Source of the DNA: a bacterium
GTDB taxonomy: Bacteria; Patescibacteriota; Patescibacteriia; Buchananbacterales; GWA2-38-13
NCBI GenBank assembly: GCA_030648715.1
Contig: JAUSGZ010000007.1
Span: forward strand, 1-49,564
DNA length: 49,564 nucleotides
Direction: 5' to 3'
A program made the position numbers and the translations under genes. The stretch's first letter is position 1. Every line of letters starts with the position of its first letter. Positions 24,388 to 32,849 of this stretch are shown piece by piece. The notes under the pieces are model-generated. The model was given only the letters and a program-made list of their open reading frames with translations, had not been told where the DNA came from and did no database searches.

Positions 24388-24938
24388 AGGGGAAAATATT
24401 TCCGCGCCAACAATAAGCCGGCCATCGTTACGCTGTCATAGATGCCACCCTGCGCGAGCAGCGACCGCACTCGAGCCGGGGTTGCCATGACGACCTTGAG
24501 CATTTCGCCGTTCGTTTCCGGCTGCGCGACACCGGCGTGCAGCCCCTGCGCCAGATAGACGTAGCCGGTCTGATTGAAATACCCTGGCGCCACCATCAAG
24601 CGCGCAAGACGACGCCAACGCCTCGCGGTAAAACCGGTTTCCTCGCGCAGCTCGCGCTTGGCCGCGGACATCGGCGCTTCGCGGCGCTCGATACCGCCCT
24701 TGATGACCTCCCAGGCCTGCCCCTGCGGGTAACGACGCTGGCGCACGAGCACCAGCCTATTTCCCTGCACCGCGAGCACCATCACGAACGGGGATTTTAT
24801 CAAATACGTCCAGGTCCGCACCGCGCCGGAGGGAAAGCGCAACCGCGTCTCATGGACGCTTCCCACGCCGTCGCCGCGGAACGCCACGCGGGAGGAGAGC
24901 ACCCGCAGGCCCGATCTAGTACGTGATTTCCGGCGCAT
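24384..24938 (-). CDS. NUDIX hydrolase
   Basis: 184 aa with an intact Nudix box GGIERREAPMSAAKRELREETGF. 4-nt overlap with rfbB. Confidence 0.85.
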   Translation of the reverse strand: MRRKSRTRSGLRVLSSRVAFRGDGVGSVHETRLRFPSGAVRTWTYLIKSPFVMVLAVQGNRLVLVRQRRYPQGQAWEVIKGGIERREAPMSAAKRELREETGFTARRWRRLARLMVAPGYFNQTGYVYLAQGLHAGVAQPETNGEMLKVVMATPARVRSLLAQGGIYDSVTMAGLLLARKYFPL

Positions 24939-24951
24939 GAGGAAAGCGCGC

Positions 24952-25359
24952 TTACGATACTGCGGCGGCGATATCCTTCGCCAACGCCGCGCCTTCCCCC
25001 GGACCGTACCGCTGATGCGGCCATGACTTCAGCCCGTCGCCGTCAGTTCTCGGGATAAGGTGAAAATGGGTATGCGGCACGACCTGCCCCGCGGCGGCGC
25101 CATTATTGATGCCGACATTGAATGCCGGAGCATGGGTTACCCGCAGCACCGCCGGCGCGATGAGTTGCAATACACGCATCATCGCGGAAACCGTCTCTGC
25201 CGGAGTAACCGCCAGATCCTGGAAATGCCGCTTCGGTGCGACCAAGGCGTGCCCGCGCGAGATCGGCGCGATGTCCAAAAACGCGATCACTTCATCGTTC
25301 TCGTATACTTTGTCGCACGGGATCTTCCCGGCGATGATCTTGCAGAAGATGCAGTCCAT
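24952..25359 (-). CDS. HIT-family nucleotide hydrolase/transferase
   Basis: ATG at 25359 (MDCIFCKIIAGKIP...). The track start at 25386 is a TTG. Histidine triad HTHFHLIPR. Confidence 0.85.
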   Translation of the reverse strand: MDCIFCKIIAGKIPCDKVYENDEVIAFLDIAPISRGHALVAPKRHFQDLAVTPAETVSAMMRVLQLIAPAVLRVTHAPAFNVGINNGAAAGQVVPHTHFHLIPRTDGDGLKSWPHQRYGPGEGAALAKDIAAAVS

Positions 25360-25382
25360 ATCGGAGAAGCAAGAAGCTAGAA

Positions 25383-25547
25383 TCAAGAAGCAAGGGGTGA
25401 CCCATCTTCGACGACCGGATTACCCCACTCGTACCTACAATCATTGCAGCGATAGTGAAGCTCTTTATGGCTTACGGGCTGCCCATCGGGACGTAACGAA
25501 GCCATCGGCGGCACAACATTTTCGCCTCGGCATTTTGGGCACTTCAT
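25383..25547 (-). CDS. small zinc-ribbon protein (54 aa)
   Basis: MKCPKCRGENVV...YRCNDCRYEWG has two CxxC pairs. The internal ATG at 25547 avoids overlap with rfbC. It lies in a local AT-rich patch. Confidence 0.5.
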   Translation of the reverse strand: MKCPKCRGENVVPPMASLRPDGQPVSHKELHYRCNDCRYEWGNPVVEDGSPLAS

Positions 25548-25564
25548 ATATACAATGAATGAGT

Positions 25565-26044
25565 TTACTGATATTTCTCCCAATCAAAACTGATGGTTGG
25601 GTCGTCGTAGGCGAGCCGCTCTTCGTCGGGGTCCTTGGCGTCGTAGGACTGCGTCGTGTGGTAGAACAGCAGCACCGGTTCATTACCCAAAACCTTATAG
25701 CCGTGCACCACGCCGGCCGGAATGACAATGACCTTGTAATCATCTTTCCCGGCCCTGGTGGTCTGGGTCTGGCCGAACGTCGGTGAATTCTTCCGCTGAT
25801 CGTACAGCACGACCAATGCCGTACCGCCGGCGACAAACCACACGTCATCCTGTTTCCGGTGCCAGTGGAACGCTTTGATGGCGCCCGGATAGGTCACGGT
25901 GAACGTCGACTGGCCGAAACGGGACAATAATACTTCGTCATCTCGGACGACTTCCATCAAAAAGCCGGGCCGCGAGAGCACTTCGCGACCCTGGGCCTGA
26001 TCGGGCCACACCTTCAATGTTTTGATCTTAACTCCATCAATCAT
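25565..26044 (-). CDS. rfbC: dTDP-4-dehydrorhamnose 3,5-epimerase-like cupin
   Basis: 159 aa. Cupin strings GAIKAFHWHRKQDDVWFVAGG and VIPAGVVHGY. Located with rfbB and rfbD. Confidence 0.75.
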   Translation of the reverse strand: MIDGVKIKTLKVWPDQAQGREVLSRPGFLMEVVRDDEVLLSRFGQSTFTVTYPGAIKAFHWHRKQDDVWFVAGGTALVVLYDQRKNSPTFGQTQTTRAGKDDYKVIVIPAGVVHGYKVLGNEPVLLFYHTTQSYDAKDPDEERLAYDDPTISFDWEKYQ

Positions 26045-26405
26045 GCTGTTGCTCCCCTAAGGCGGCCAGTACGCTCCCCCACGCGACGACCGCAAACAGC
26101 CATCCGACCGGCGAGGACACGGCCGCACCGACTCCGACGGCCGCCGCGATCCCGGCACCGACGGCCAGCCAATGCCGGTACCAAACCGTCGCCGGCGGCG
26201 CGCCGCGGAACGTCAGAAACGCGGTCAGCGTAGCAGAAAATATCAGCCCAAGCAATACCCAGTGCGGATTGAACGTATTGCCGACAAAATGCGGCTTGCC
26301 CCACTCCAACGCCATCAGGCCGGCCCACGTCAACAGCAGCCCGCCCGTCTGCGTGCGGCAATACACGAGTGCGATTGATCGTTGGAGTCGCGATATGGAG
26401 CGCAT
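26037..26405 (-). CDS. hypothetical membrane protein (122 aa, about 4 TM)
   Basis: Track ORF in the operon, 8-nt overlap with rfbC. Hydrophobic helices. No domain recognised. Confidence 0.45.
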   Translation of the reverse strand: MRSISRLQRSIALVYCRTQTGGLLLTWAGLMALEWGKPHFVGNTFNPHWVLLGLIFSATLTAFLTFRGAPPATVWYRHWLAVGAGIAAAVGVGAAVSSPVGWLFAVVAWGSVLAALGEQQHD

Positions 26406-26416
26406 AGAGTAGAACC

Positions 26417-27244
26417 CTAGCGGAACCAGCGGGCAGCCCAGCCGCGCAGTACCGGCCAGGTGACCCGGTCACCCGACAAGGTCGCGCGGAACATCCGGAA
26501 TGACGCGCCCCCCCTCGGCAACGGCCGTTCAGGGACGGAGACGACCACGCGTAACGAGGAGGCGGACTGTTGTTCCGTGGTCAAAAGAAAACTCCGCACG
26601 ATCTTCCGCCAGCCATCAGGAACACCAGTTGGTTGGTAGCCGGTCAGGATGAAATCCGTACTGCTGGCAACGCCGGACGGCGGCAACGCTGCAGCCGTGA
26701 ACGGCAGATCGAATGGGACACGGTAGACGGCAATCTTCTCTTCGGCGGGGGGCTGCCGCAAAAAGTCATCAAGATTGAGGTAGACGGACGTGCGCTGCAG
26801 GAGCACCAGTCCTCCTCCCTGGAGCTGGGTCCACTTGCCTTCCTGCGCCAGATGCTCCAGCACCCGATGGTAGGCCGGCTGCAGGGTCATGTGGTCGGCG
26901 CGCCCGTCGGGAATAAGGCCCAGATCGATCACCTGCGCGCCTCCGGGATCAAGCTCAAGTTGGATGGAAAGCGTACGGAATGGCCGCGGCTGTTGCAGGT
27001 CAATATAGACGGGTTCCGCGAGCACTCGGTACCCGAGGGCAAAATCTGATGGTAAAAGCGGTTCGATCCTGCTTTCGGGAACCGGTCCGCGCAGGTACGG
27101 TCCCCTGATCGGCCAGGCTTCCGCCAGGAGCTGGCCCGATGGCACCAGGTCGACCCAAGCCAGCCAGGCGAACAACGTCAGCGGGATCGCGGCCCAGGCC
27201 AAGCGCGACAGCGTCAACCAGCGGGGACCGAAACGTTCTGGCAT
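26417..27244 (-). CDS. hypothetical protein with N-terminal TM anchor (275 aa)
   Basis: Track ORF beginning 3 nt after the stop of the upstream GT-C-like gene. TM helix LAWAAIPLTLFAWLAWV followed by a soluble domain. No motif recognised. Confidence 0.5.
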   Translation of the reverse strand: MPERFGPRWLTLSRLAWAAIPLTLFAWLAWVDLVPSGQLLAEAWPIRGPYLRGPVPESRIEPLLPSDFALGYRVLAEPVYIDLQQPRPFRTLSIQLELDPGGAQVIDLGLIPDGRADHMTLQPAYHRVLEHLAQEGKWTQLQGGGLVLLQRTSVYLNLDDFLRQPPAEEKIAVYRVPFDLPFTAAALPPSGVASSTDFILTGYQPTGVPDGWRKIVRSFLLTTEQQSASSLRVVVSVPERPLPRGGASFRMFRATLSGDRVTWPVLRGWAARWFR

Positions 27245-27247
27245 ACC

Positions 27248-28855
27248 TCATTCCGCACCGCGACGCACGCGAAATAATCGCTCTGGCGTAGGAGCAGCTG
27301 CAATGGACACCGGCGCATCCAGGGTGAGTCCCAGGGGCAACAATTGACCGCGGACGGCAGCGATAGCCTCATCATCCATGAAAGTGTACCAATACACCGG
27401 ACGGTGTTCCAAGAGCGCGGGGAGTGCTCGCTGCACTTGCGGGTCGCGGAGCGTGGCAATAACCGGCAGCTGGGGGAAGAACAGCTTATCGGCCCGCTCG
27501 GCGACGACCACGGCGTCGGACGGGACGTAGCGGACAACCGCCTCGCGTTTGACGTAGCCGGCGCGAACCGCGTTCGTGACGGCCCCTAACCCGTCGAGTG
27601 GTTCATCCAGGGTCAGCCGAATAGACCAGACGGAAAACCCGGCAAAGACGGAAAGAAGAACGACGCGCCGCAACCATGGGCCCCGAAGGCGGCCCATGGT
27701 CCACAGTAACCCCGATACCGCATAGGGCAGCATCATGACCGACAACGGCAACCAGTAACGCACATAGGAACCGGCCAGGGTCACGGCGTTGGGGTCGAGG
27801 TTGTCGAACAGTGCGGCGCTGCCGTAGTATGGCACCAACCACACCGCTGTGCCGACCAGCGCCACCATCGCCCACCGCGCGGCCACCGACTGGCGGCGCC
27901 AACGTTGCACCTGCAGCAGCAGGCCCAGTGCTGCCGGCCAGGCGACTACGGACTGCAAGCCGAACATAAAACGCCAAAAATTCAGCAGCGCGCGCCGCGG
28001 GTGCAAACCGAAGGGAAGCAGTGCGGACGTCGCCGCAACGGACGCACCCCCATCTGCCGACGGCAGCAGGTAACCGCTCGCGAACGGGTGGCCGAAGGTT
28101 GCTTGCTGCTGCAGCAATACCGGCGCCACCCCGGCGGCCAGGCCCAGAACGAAGACCCAGCCTACGCGCCGCAGCCGCCGCCGTTCGCACCACGCCGCAA
28201 CGACCAGCAACGGCACGACCCATATCGCTTCCACGGGACGGATCGCAACGGCGGCGCCGAGCGCGGCTCCCGCCACGAATGCACCCACGCGGCGCCCCGT
28301 GCGGAGTGCCGCGATGCTCGCCCAACCTCCTATGAGCGCAAGGGTTACGAACGGCACGTTGGGAAATAACCCGCGACCGCTGTAGTACCACCACGGCGGC
28401 AGCAGCGGCAGGGAAATCGCCGACCACCAGGCCACCGCCGGAGAAAAGAACGCCAACGCCAATCGGTACAGCGCGTACCCGCCGAGGGCCGCCAGGAACG
28501 GCGTCAGGTACGGCAACACGCCCACCCCGCCGACCCGCGCGGCCATTCCGTACCATACCGGAAGCCCGATGAAACTGGCGGGAACCAGCCGGCCCGCATA
28601 CACCAGCATGGATCGCGGATGCACGACGCCGGACTTATCATCCGCGAGCGCGGGGGCCGCCAACGGCAGATCCTGCGCCACTCGGCGCGCAAAAAAGTAG
28701 TTCGCCGTCTCATCCGGCGAATTAAAACTGCGCGGCCCTGCCGGAGGCCCACCGTGCCAACCGACCGCGGCATGCACGATCGCCCACCCGAACAACCACA
28801 CCACCAGCACCGTGCCGCGCCAACGCGTGCCCTTCATATACCTGCAGTATAGCAT
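27248..28855 (-). CDS. polytopic membrane protein, GT-C (PMT/ArnT-like) glycosyltransferase candidate
   Basis: 535 aa, more than 10 TM helices. First-loop acidic motif FNSPDETANYFFA and a soluble C-terminal domain. An alternative start is ATG at 28837 (MKGTRW). Confidence 0.6.
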   Translation of the reverse strand: MLYCRYMKGTRWRGTVLVVWLFGWAIVHAAVGWHGGPPAGPRSFNSPDETANYFFARRVAQDLPLAAPALADDKSGVVHPRSMLVYAGRLVPASFIGLPVWYGMAARVGGVGVLPYLTPFLAALGGYALYRLALAFFSPAVAWWSAISLPLLPPWWYYSGRGLFPNVPFVTLALIGGWASIAALRTGRRVGAFVAGAALGAAVAIRPVEAIWVVPLLVVAAWCERRRLRRVGWVFVLGLAAGVAPVLLQQQATFGHPFASGYLLPSADGGASVAATSALLPFGLHPRRALLNFWRFMFGLQSVVAWPAALGLLLQVQRWRRQSVAARWAMVALVGTAVWLVPYYGSAALFDNLDPNAVTLAGSYVRYWLPLSVMMLPYAVSGLLWTMGRLRGPWLRRVVLLSVFAGFSVWSIRLTLDEPLDGLGAVTNAVRAGYVKREAVVRYVPSDAVVVAERADKLFFPQLPVIATLRDPQVQRALPALLEHRPVYWYTFMDDEAIAAVRGQLLPLGLTLDAPVSIAAAPTPERLFRVRRGAE

Positions 28856-28896
28856 CCCGGCCGGGTCATTGTAGCGCGCGGGGTTATGCTACACTG
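28845..28896. promoter_or_regulatory. imperfect inverted repeat CAGTATAGCAT / ATGCTACACTG (10 of 11) in the divergent promoter spacer
   Basis: The left arm (28845-28855) covers the upstream ATG candidate of the GT-C-like gene. The right arm (28886-28896) contains an extended -10-like TGCTACACT on the plus strand. Confidence 0.3.
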
Positions 28897-28997
28897 GAAG
28901 CGTCTTCCGGTACACCAACGGGCCGTGCGAAAGGGGCAGAAACGGACGCCCCGCAACAAATCACCGCAACCTGAACCCACGCATTTGACCGTTGTCC

Positions 28998-29106
28998 CCG
29001 GGTATGCCCCATAGGACAATGGACTGACGAAAACGACTTGAGAATTGCGTCGAGGTCACGTACTTCATTACGAGAGCAAACACACCCGAGCATTGTACTA
29101 CGGGGT
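28998..29106 (+). promoter_or_regulatory. 109-nt conserved leader element, copy B (immediately upstream of the ATG at 29107)
   Basis: CCGGGTATGCCCCATAGGACA...TTGTACTACGGGGT-ATG. Same length, same termini and same position relative to the ATG as copy A (3814-3922, minus strand). Confidence 0.5.
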
Positions 29107-31254
29107 ATGCGCAAGCAACCTTCCTGGCTCCTGACGGCGCTGTTGATCGCCGCGGTCCTCGCCAACCTGCGCTGGCACAACGCCGGTATCGGGCTGACGT
29201 TTGGCGTTTTCTATTTCTTGTGGTGTGCCTGGCTGGCCGGCGGAGTGCTGGCGCCGAATGAACCCCGCCGCTGGCAGCTCGTGGCCGGACTCGTGGGAAA
29301 TCTCGCCCTCCTGACGGTGGTCGGGACGGCGGCCTACTGGCTATTCCGCCTCAATGGCACGGTCATCGCTGTCATTGCGATCGTCACGCCCTGCGTTTGG
29401 CTGACGTTGCCGCATGCGCCCGGCCGGCCGGGTTCCCCGATGTGGCAGCGCGACCCGTTGCGCGGTTTGCCGCGCACGATGGGCGTCACCACGTTCCTCC
29501 TGCTCGGGTTCATCGGACTACTGGCGCTTGCTATCCGACAACTGCTCGGCGCCCAAACGACGGAAGCGATCCGCACGCCGTGGCAGATCGTACCGCCGTC
29601 GTTTTGGGTCGGTTTCATCGGCGCGACGATGGCGCTGCTGGGCCTCCACCTCCGCACGGACCGGGCCGGCCGGCGGCTGCTCCTCACCCTGCTGCTGCTT
29701 GGCGTGGGCACCAGCGTCGCGCTGTCTGTCTATCCTCTCGGCTACGGCTATGACCCTTTCATCCACCAAGCGGCGGAACGAACGATCGCGGAAAGCGGTG
29801 TCATCACGCCGAAAACCCCCTACTACATCGGCCAATACGCGCTGGTCGTGCCGATCGCGCGGATCCTGGGCGTGGACGTCGTTGCGGTGGATCGCGTGAG
29901 CTCTCTCGCTGGCCTGCTGCTGATCGCGGCGCTCGCCTACTGGCCGTGGCGACGCTACCACCCCACTGCCGCTGCCCTGCCGCTGACTCTGCTGCTACTT
30001 CCGCTGGGCAGCCTCATCGCCACCACCCCGCAAGGGATGGCGAATCTCTGGCTGCTGGCGACTGCAACCATTGTGGCGCTGCCTTGGACGCCGGTTCCAC
30101 AGCCGCCGCAGCTACGGTGGCTGCCGATCGCCTTACTGACTGCCGGCGCCGCCAGCGCGACGCATCCAATCGCCGGCGTGCCCGCGCTCGCACTCGTGGC
30201 GTTCGGCTTGATCGCCGCTTGGCGACCCGCGACTTCCTATGTCGTCAAGTGGGGACCGCGTCTCGCAAGTGGCGCGGTCTTTGGCCTGACCGCCACGACT
30301 CTTCCCTTACTGTTCCTTCTTAACGCGCAACGCGCCGGCATTGCGCCATCAGAGGCATGGGAACCGCAGCCGCTCGGACAAATGATAGCCGCGACGGCCG
30401 CCGCCGCGCTCCCCCGATTCCCCGTAAGCACCGATCCCCTGCTGGATTTCGCGGCCGTCCTTGACCTCAACCGCGGGTGGCTCTTGGCGGTCGGCGCGGC
30501 GGCGGGCGCGTGGCTCGCCTGGTCACGAAAAAAACAGGCGGTGCTGCTACCAAGCGTGGCGACCAGCATCGCGTTATTGACAACCTACCTCGCGCTGCGA
30601 CAAATGCGTTTCCCGCAACTGATCGCTGATGAACAAGCGGTGTTCGGCCAACGCGTGCTGGAACTCGCGGGTTTTGTACTTCTTCCGCTCCTCATGGCCG
30701 GGGCGCAGATGCTGCTGGAACGCATGAGTCAGGAACGCGTACTGCGCGCCGCGGTTGTGGTGCTGGGGAGCGCGACGCTGGCGGCCGCCGTCTACTTGAA
30801 CTACCCCCGCGTCGACCGGTACCGCGTGGATCGCGGGTACAATCTCAGTGCCGCCGACGTGGCGGCGGTGCGGTTGGTCGCCGCGGACGCGCACGGCACC
30901 TACCTGGTGCTGGCCAACCAGATGACGTCGGCAGCCGCAATTCGCGAGTTCGGTTTTGCGCCCGCGTATCCCACGGCGGCCGATCCGCGACGAACGATGT
31001 ACACCTACCCCGTACCGACGGGGGAACCCCTGTACCAAAAATTTCTGGCAATGGTGCGCGAGGGGCCCGAGCGTTCCGTGGTACAAACGGCCGCGGCGCT
31101 GAGCGCAACCCCGATCAACACCGTCTACTTCATCCTGCCGCACTATTGGAACGACTTCGATCGCACCTCTGCGGCTGCCCAGGCAGCCGCAGACCAATGG
31201 TGGCCGCTGGATAACGGCAAGATCCTGGTCTTCCGCTACGACCTCGGGCGCTAA
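29107..31254 (+). CDS. large polytopic membrane protein (715 aa), possible GT-C-type transferase/polymerase, function unknown
   Basis: ATG at 29107 (MRKQPSWLLTALLIAAVL). The track start at 29038 is a TTG inside the conserved leader. More than 12 TM helices plus a C-terminal soluble domain. No diagnostic motif recognised. Confidence 0.65.
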   Translation: MRKQPSWLLTALLIAAVLANLRWHNAGIGLTFGVFYFLWCAWLAGGVLAPNEPRRWQLVAGLVGNLALLTVVGTAAYWLFRLNGTVIAVIAIVTPCVWLTLPHAPGRPGSPMWQRDPLRGLPRTMGVTTFLLLGFIGLLALAIRQLLGAQTTEAIRTPWQIVPPSFWVGFIGATMALLGLHLRTDRAGRRLLLTLLLLGVGTSVALSVYPLGYGYDPFIHQAAERTIAESGVITPKTPYYIGQYALVVPIARILGVDVVAVDRVSSLAGLLLIAALAYWPWRRYHPTAAALPLTLLLLPLGSLIATTPQGMANLWLLATATIVALPWTPVPQPPQLRWLPIALLTAGAASATHPIAGVPALALVAFGLIAAWRPATSYVVKWGPRLASGAVFGLTATTLPLLFLLNAQRAGIAPSEAWEPQPLGQMIAATAAAALPRFPVSTDPLLDFAAVLDLNRGWLLAVGAAAGAWLAWSRKKQAVLLPSVATSIALLTTYLALRQMRFPQLIADEQAVFGQRVLELAGFVLLPLLMAGAQMLLERMSQERVLRAAVVVLGSATLAAAVYLNYPRVDRYRVDRGYNLSAADVAAVRLVAADAHGTYLVLANQMTSAAAIREFGFAPAYPTAADPRRTMYTYPVPTGEPLYQKFLAMVREGPERSVVQTAAALSATPINTVYFILPHYWNDFDRTSAAAQAAADQWWPLDNGKILVFRYDLGR

Positions 31255-31275
31255 AACATGCGCCTCGAAATATTC

Positions 31276-31305
31276 AAAAAACGCCCGCGCGCAGCGGGCG
31301 TTTTT
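31276..31305. terminator. bidirectional Rho-independent terminator
   Basis: aaaaaaCGCCCGC-gcgca-GCGGGCGttttt between the convergent genes ending at 31254 (+) and 31319 (-). Confidence 0.75.
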
Positions 31306-31318
31306 CCATTGGCCAAGT

Positions 31319-32488
31319 CTAGGCCGACTCCAGCATCTTCTGCAAGTACATTTTCAGATCAAAGGAGGCGCGGGTCCGCGCTGCGCCTTCCCGCAGCGGC
31401 GCCAGCAGTTCGGGATGGTCAAGATACTGCAGCAGCACCCCGCGCAGACTGCGCGGGTCGGACGGCGCGAACGTGAATCCGTTGACGTTGTCCTCCACCA
31501 GCTCGCTGATACCGCCGATGTCCGCCGCAACGACCGGCACGCCACAGGAAAAACTTTCCGCGATCACGGTCGGCGAGTTTTCGTAGCAGAGCGACGGCAC
31601 GACCGTCGCGTCAGTCTGATTGAAGACCGCGCGCAACCCCGAACGCTTCACGTACCCGAGATACCGATAATTCGGCTTGTCCGCGGTCAGCGCCCGGACC
31701 TCCACGCTCAAGCTGCCGGTCCCAACGATCCGCAGTGTCCAGTTGGTCCGCGGCAGCCCTTCCAGAACCTCCAACAGCAGCAGAATTCCCTTGCCCCGTT
31801 CCAGCTGTCCCAGGTACAACAAATTGACGTGGTTGCTCGGGTGCTCACGGACCGCGGGCGGCGCGGGGTCGAGGCGCGGCAAAGGATTCGGCAGCACCAG
31901 CCAACGCGACCGGCGGAAGAACCCTCGAGTGCGATGATAGTCCGCGACCCAGTGCGAAGGTGCGACGACCACCGTCGGCGAACCGAACAGGTACCGGCAC
32001 CATTTCTCGTACTGGAGGTCCAGGACGAGGAAGGGTTTCTCCTGCCCCGAGATCAGCAGGCCGGAGGGGCGGGACAGCTGAATGTCATGCAGCGTATGAA
32101 TGTGCTTGATACCCAGGTCGCGCACCAGTCGCGGGATCAGGTAACTGACCCCCTTCAGATTATGGGTCATCACCAGCGCCGGCCGTTCCGCTTTCAGGAT
32201 CCGTTTGACCTGCTGACGCCCGGACCAGCCGAACAGGTCCAGCAGATGCCACGGCAGGCGCAGCCACAACGGGCGCTCACCCAAAGAGAAAAATGAAAAA
32301 AGATTGAACGGCCGGATGCGGTAGACCATCATTCGGTCACCCCGCTCCACCGCGCGCTGCCGGCCGAGCGCGATGACCACCACCTCGTACCCGAGCTCGC
32401 GCAGCCCCAAAGCGATGGCTTCCACCATCACCTCGGCACCGCCCCGGCGATCCGGGGGGTAAAGATTGTTGATAAGACACACCTTCAT
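31319..32488 (-). CDS. GT-B glycosyltransferase (family 4/1-like)
   Basis: I chose the ATG at 32488 (MKVCLINNLYPPDRRGGAEV), which forms an ATGA overlap with the VanZ-like gene. C-terminal E..7..E-type string ENSPTVIAESFSCGVPVVAADIGGISELV. Confidence 0.85.
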   Translation of the reverse strand: MKVCLINNLYPPDRRGGAEVMVEAIALGLRELGYEVVVIALGRQRAVERGDRMMVYRIRPFNLFSFFSLGERPLWLRLPWHLLDLFGWSGRQQVKRILKAERPALVMTHNLKGVSYLIPRLVRDLGIKHIHTLHDIQLSRPSGLLISGQEKPFLVLDLQYEKWCRYLFGSPTVVVAPSHWVADYHRTRGFFRRSRWLVLPNPLPRLDPAPPAVREHPSNHVNLLYLGQLERGKGILLLLEVLEGLPRTNWTLRIVGTGSLSVEVRALTADKPNYRYLGYVKRSGLRAVFNQTDATVVPSLCYENSPTVIAESFSCGVPVVAADIGGISELVEDNVNGFTFAPSDPRSLRGVLLQYLDHPELLAPLREGAARTRASFDLKMYLQKMLESA

Positions 32489-32847
32489 ACTTTTTTTTGA
32501 ACCTTGAGGAAACGGCGTAACAGCAGCAGCAATGCCGCCCCGGCAACATCGACGCCGACGTCGGCGATGCGGCCGCTCCGGCCGCGGACCGTGGTTTGAT
32601 ACCACTCATCGGCTGCCGCCACCGCCCCGGCGAATACCAGGGCGGAAACCGCCGAGGAACGTGCTGGTGCGCGACTGCGGATCCAGAGGAACGCTAAGAC
32701 GAAATATTCCGCCAGGTGGGCCGCTTTGCGTAACACCAGGTCCTTCCACGTCTCCAATCCCGAGGACAGGTCCGGCTGCGATGAGAACCAAAAAATTACC
32801 ACGATCCAGGCGCCGAGCGCAAGATAATAAAAACTCCGTCGGAACAT
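32485..32847 (-). CDS. VanZ-like membrane protein
   Basis: 120 aa, 4 TM. LRKAAHLAEYFVLAF and ADEWYQTTVRGRSGRIADVGVD resemble VanZ family motifs. Confidence 0.7.
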   Translation of the reverse strand: MFRRSFYYLALGAWIVVIFWFSSQPDLSSGLETWKDLVLRKAAHLAEYFVLAFLWIRSRAPARSSAVSALVFAGAVAAADEWYQTTVRGRSGRIADVGVDVAGAALLLLLRRFLKVQKKV

Positions 32848-32849
32848 AC

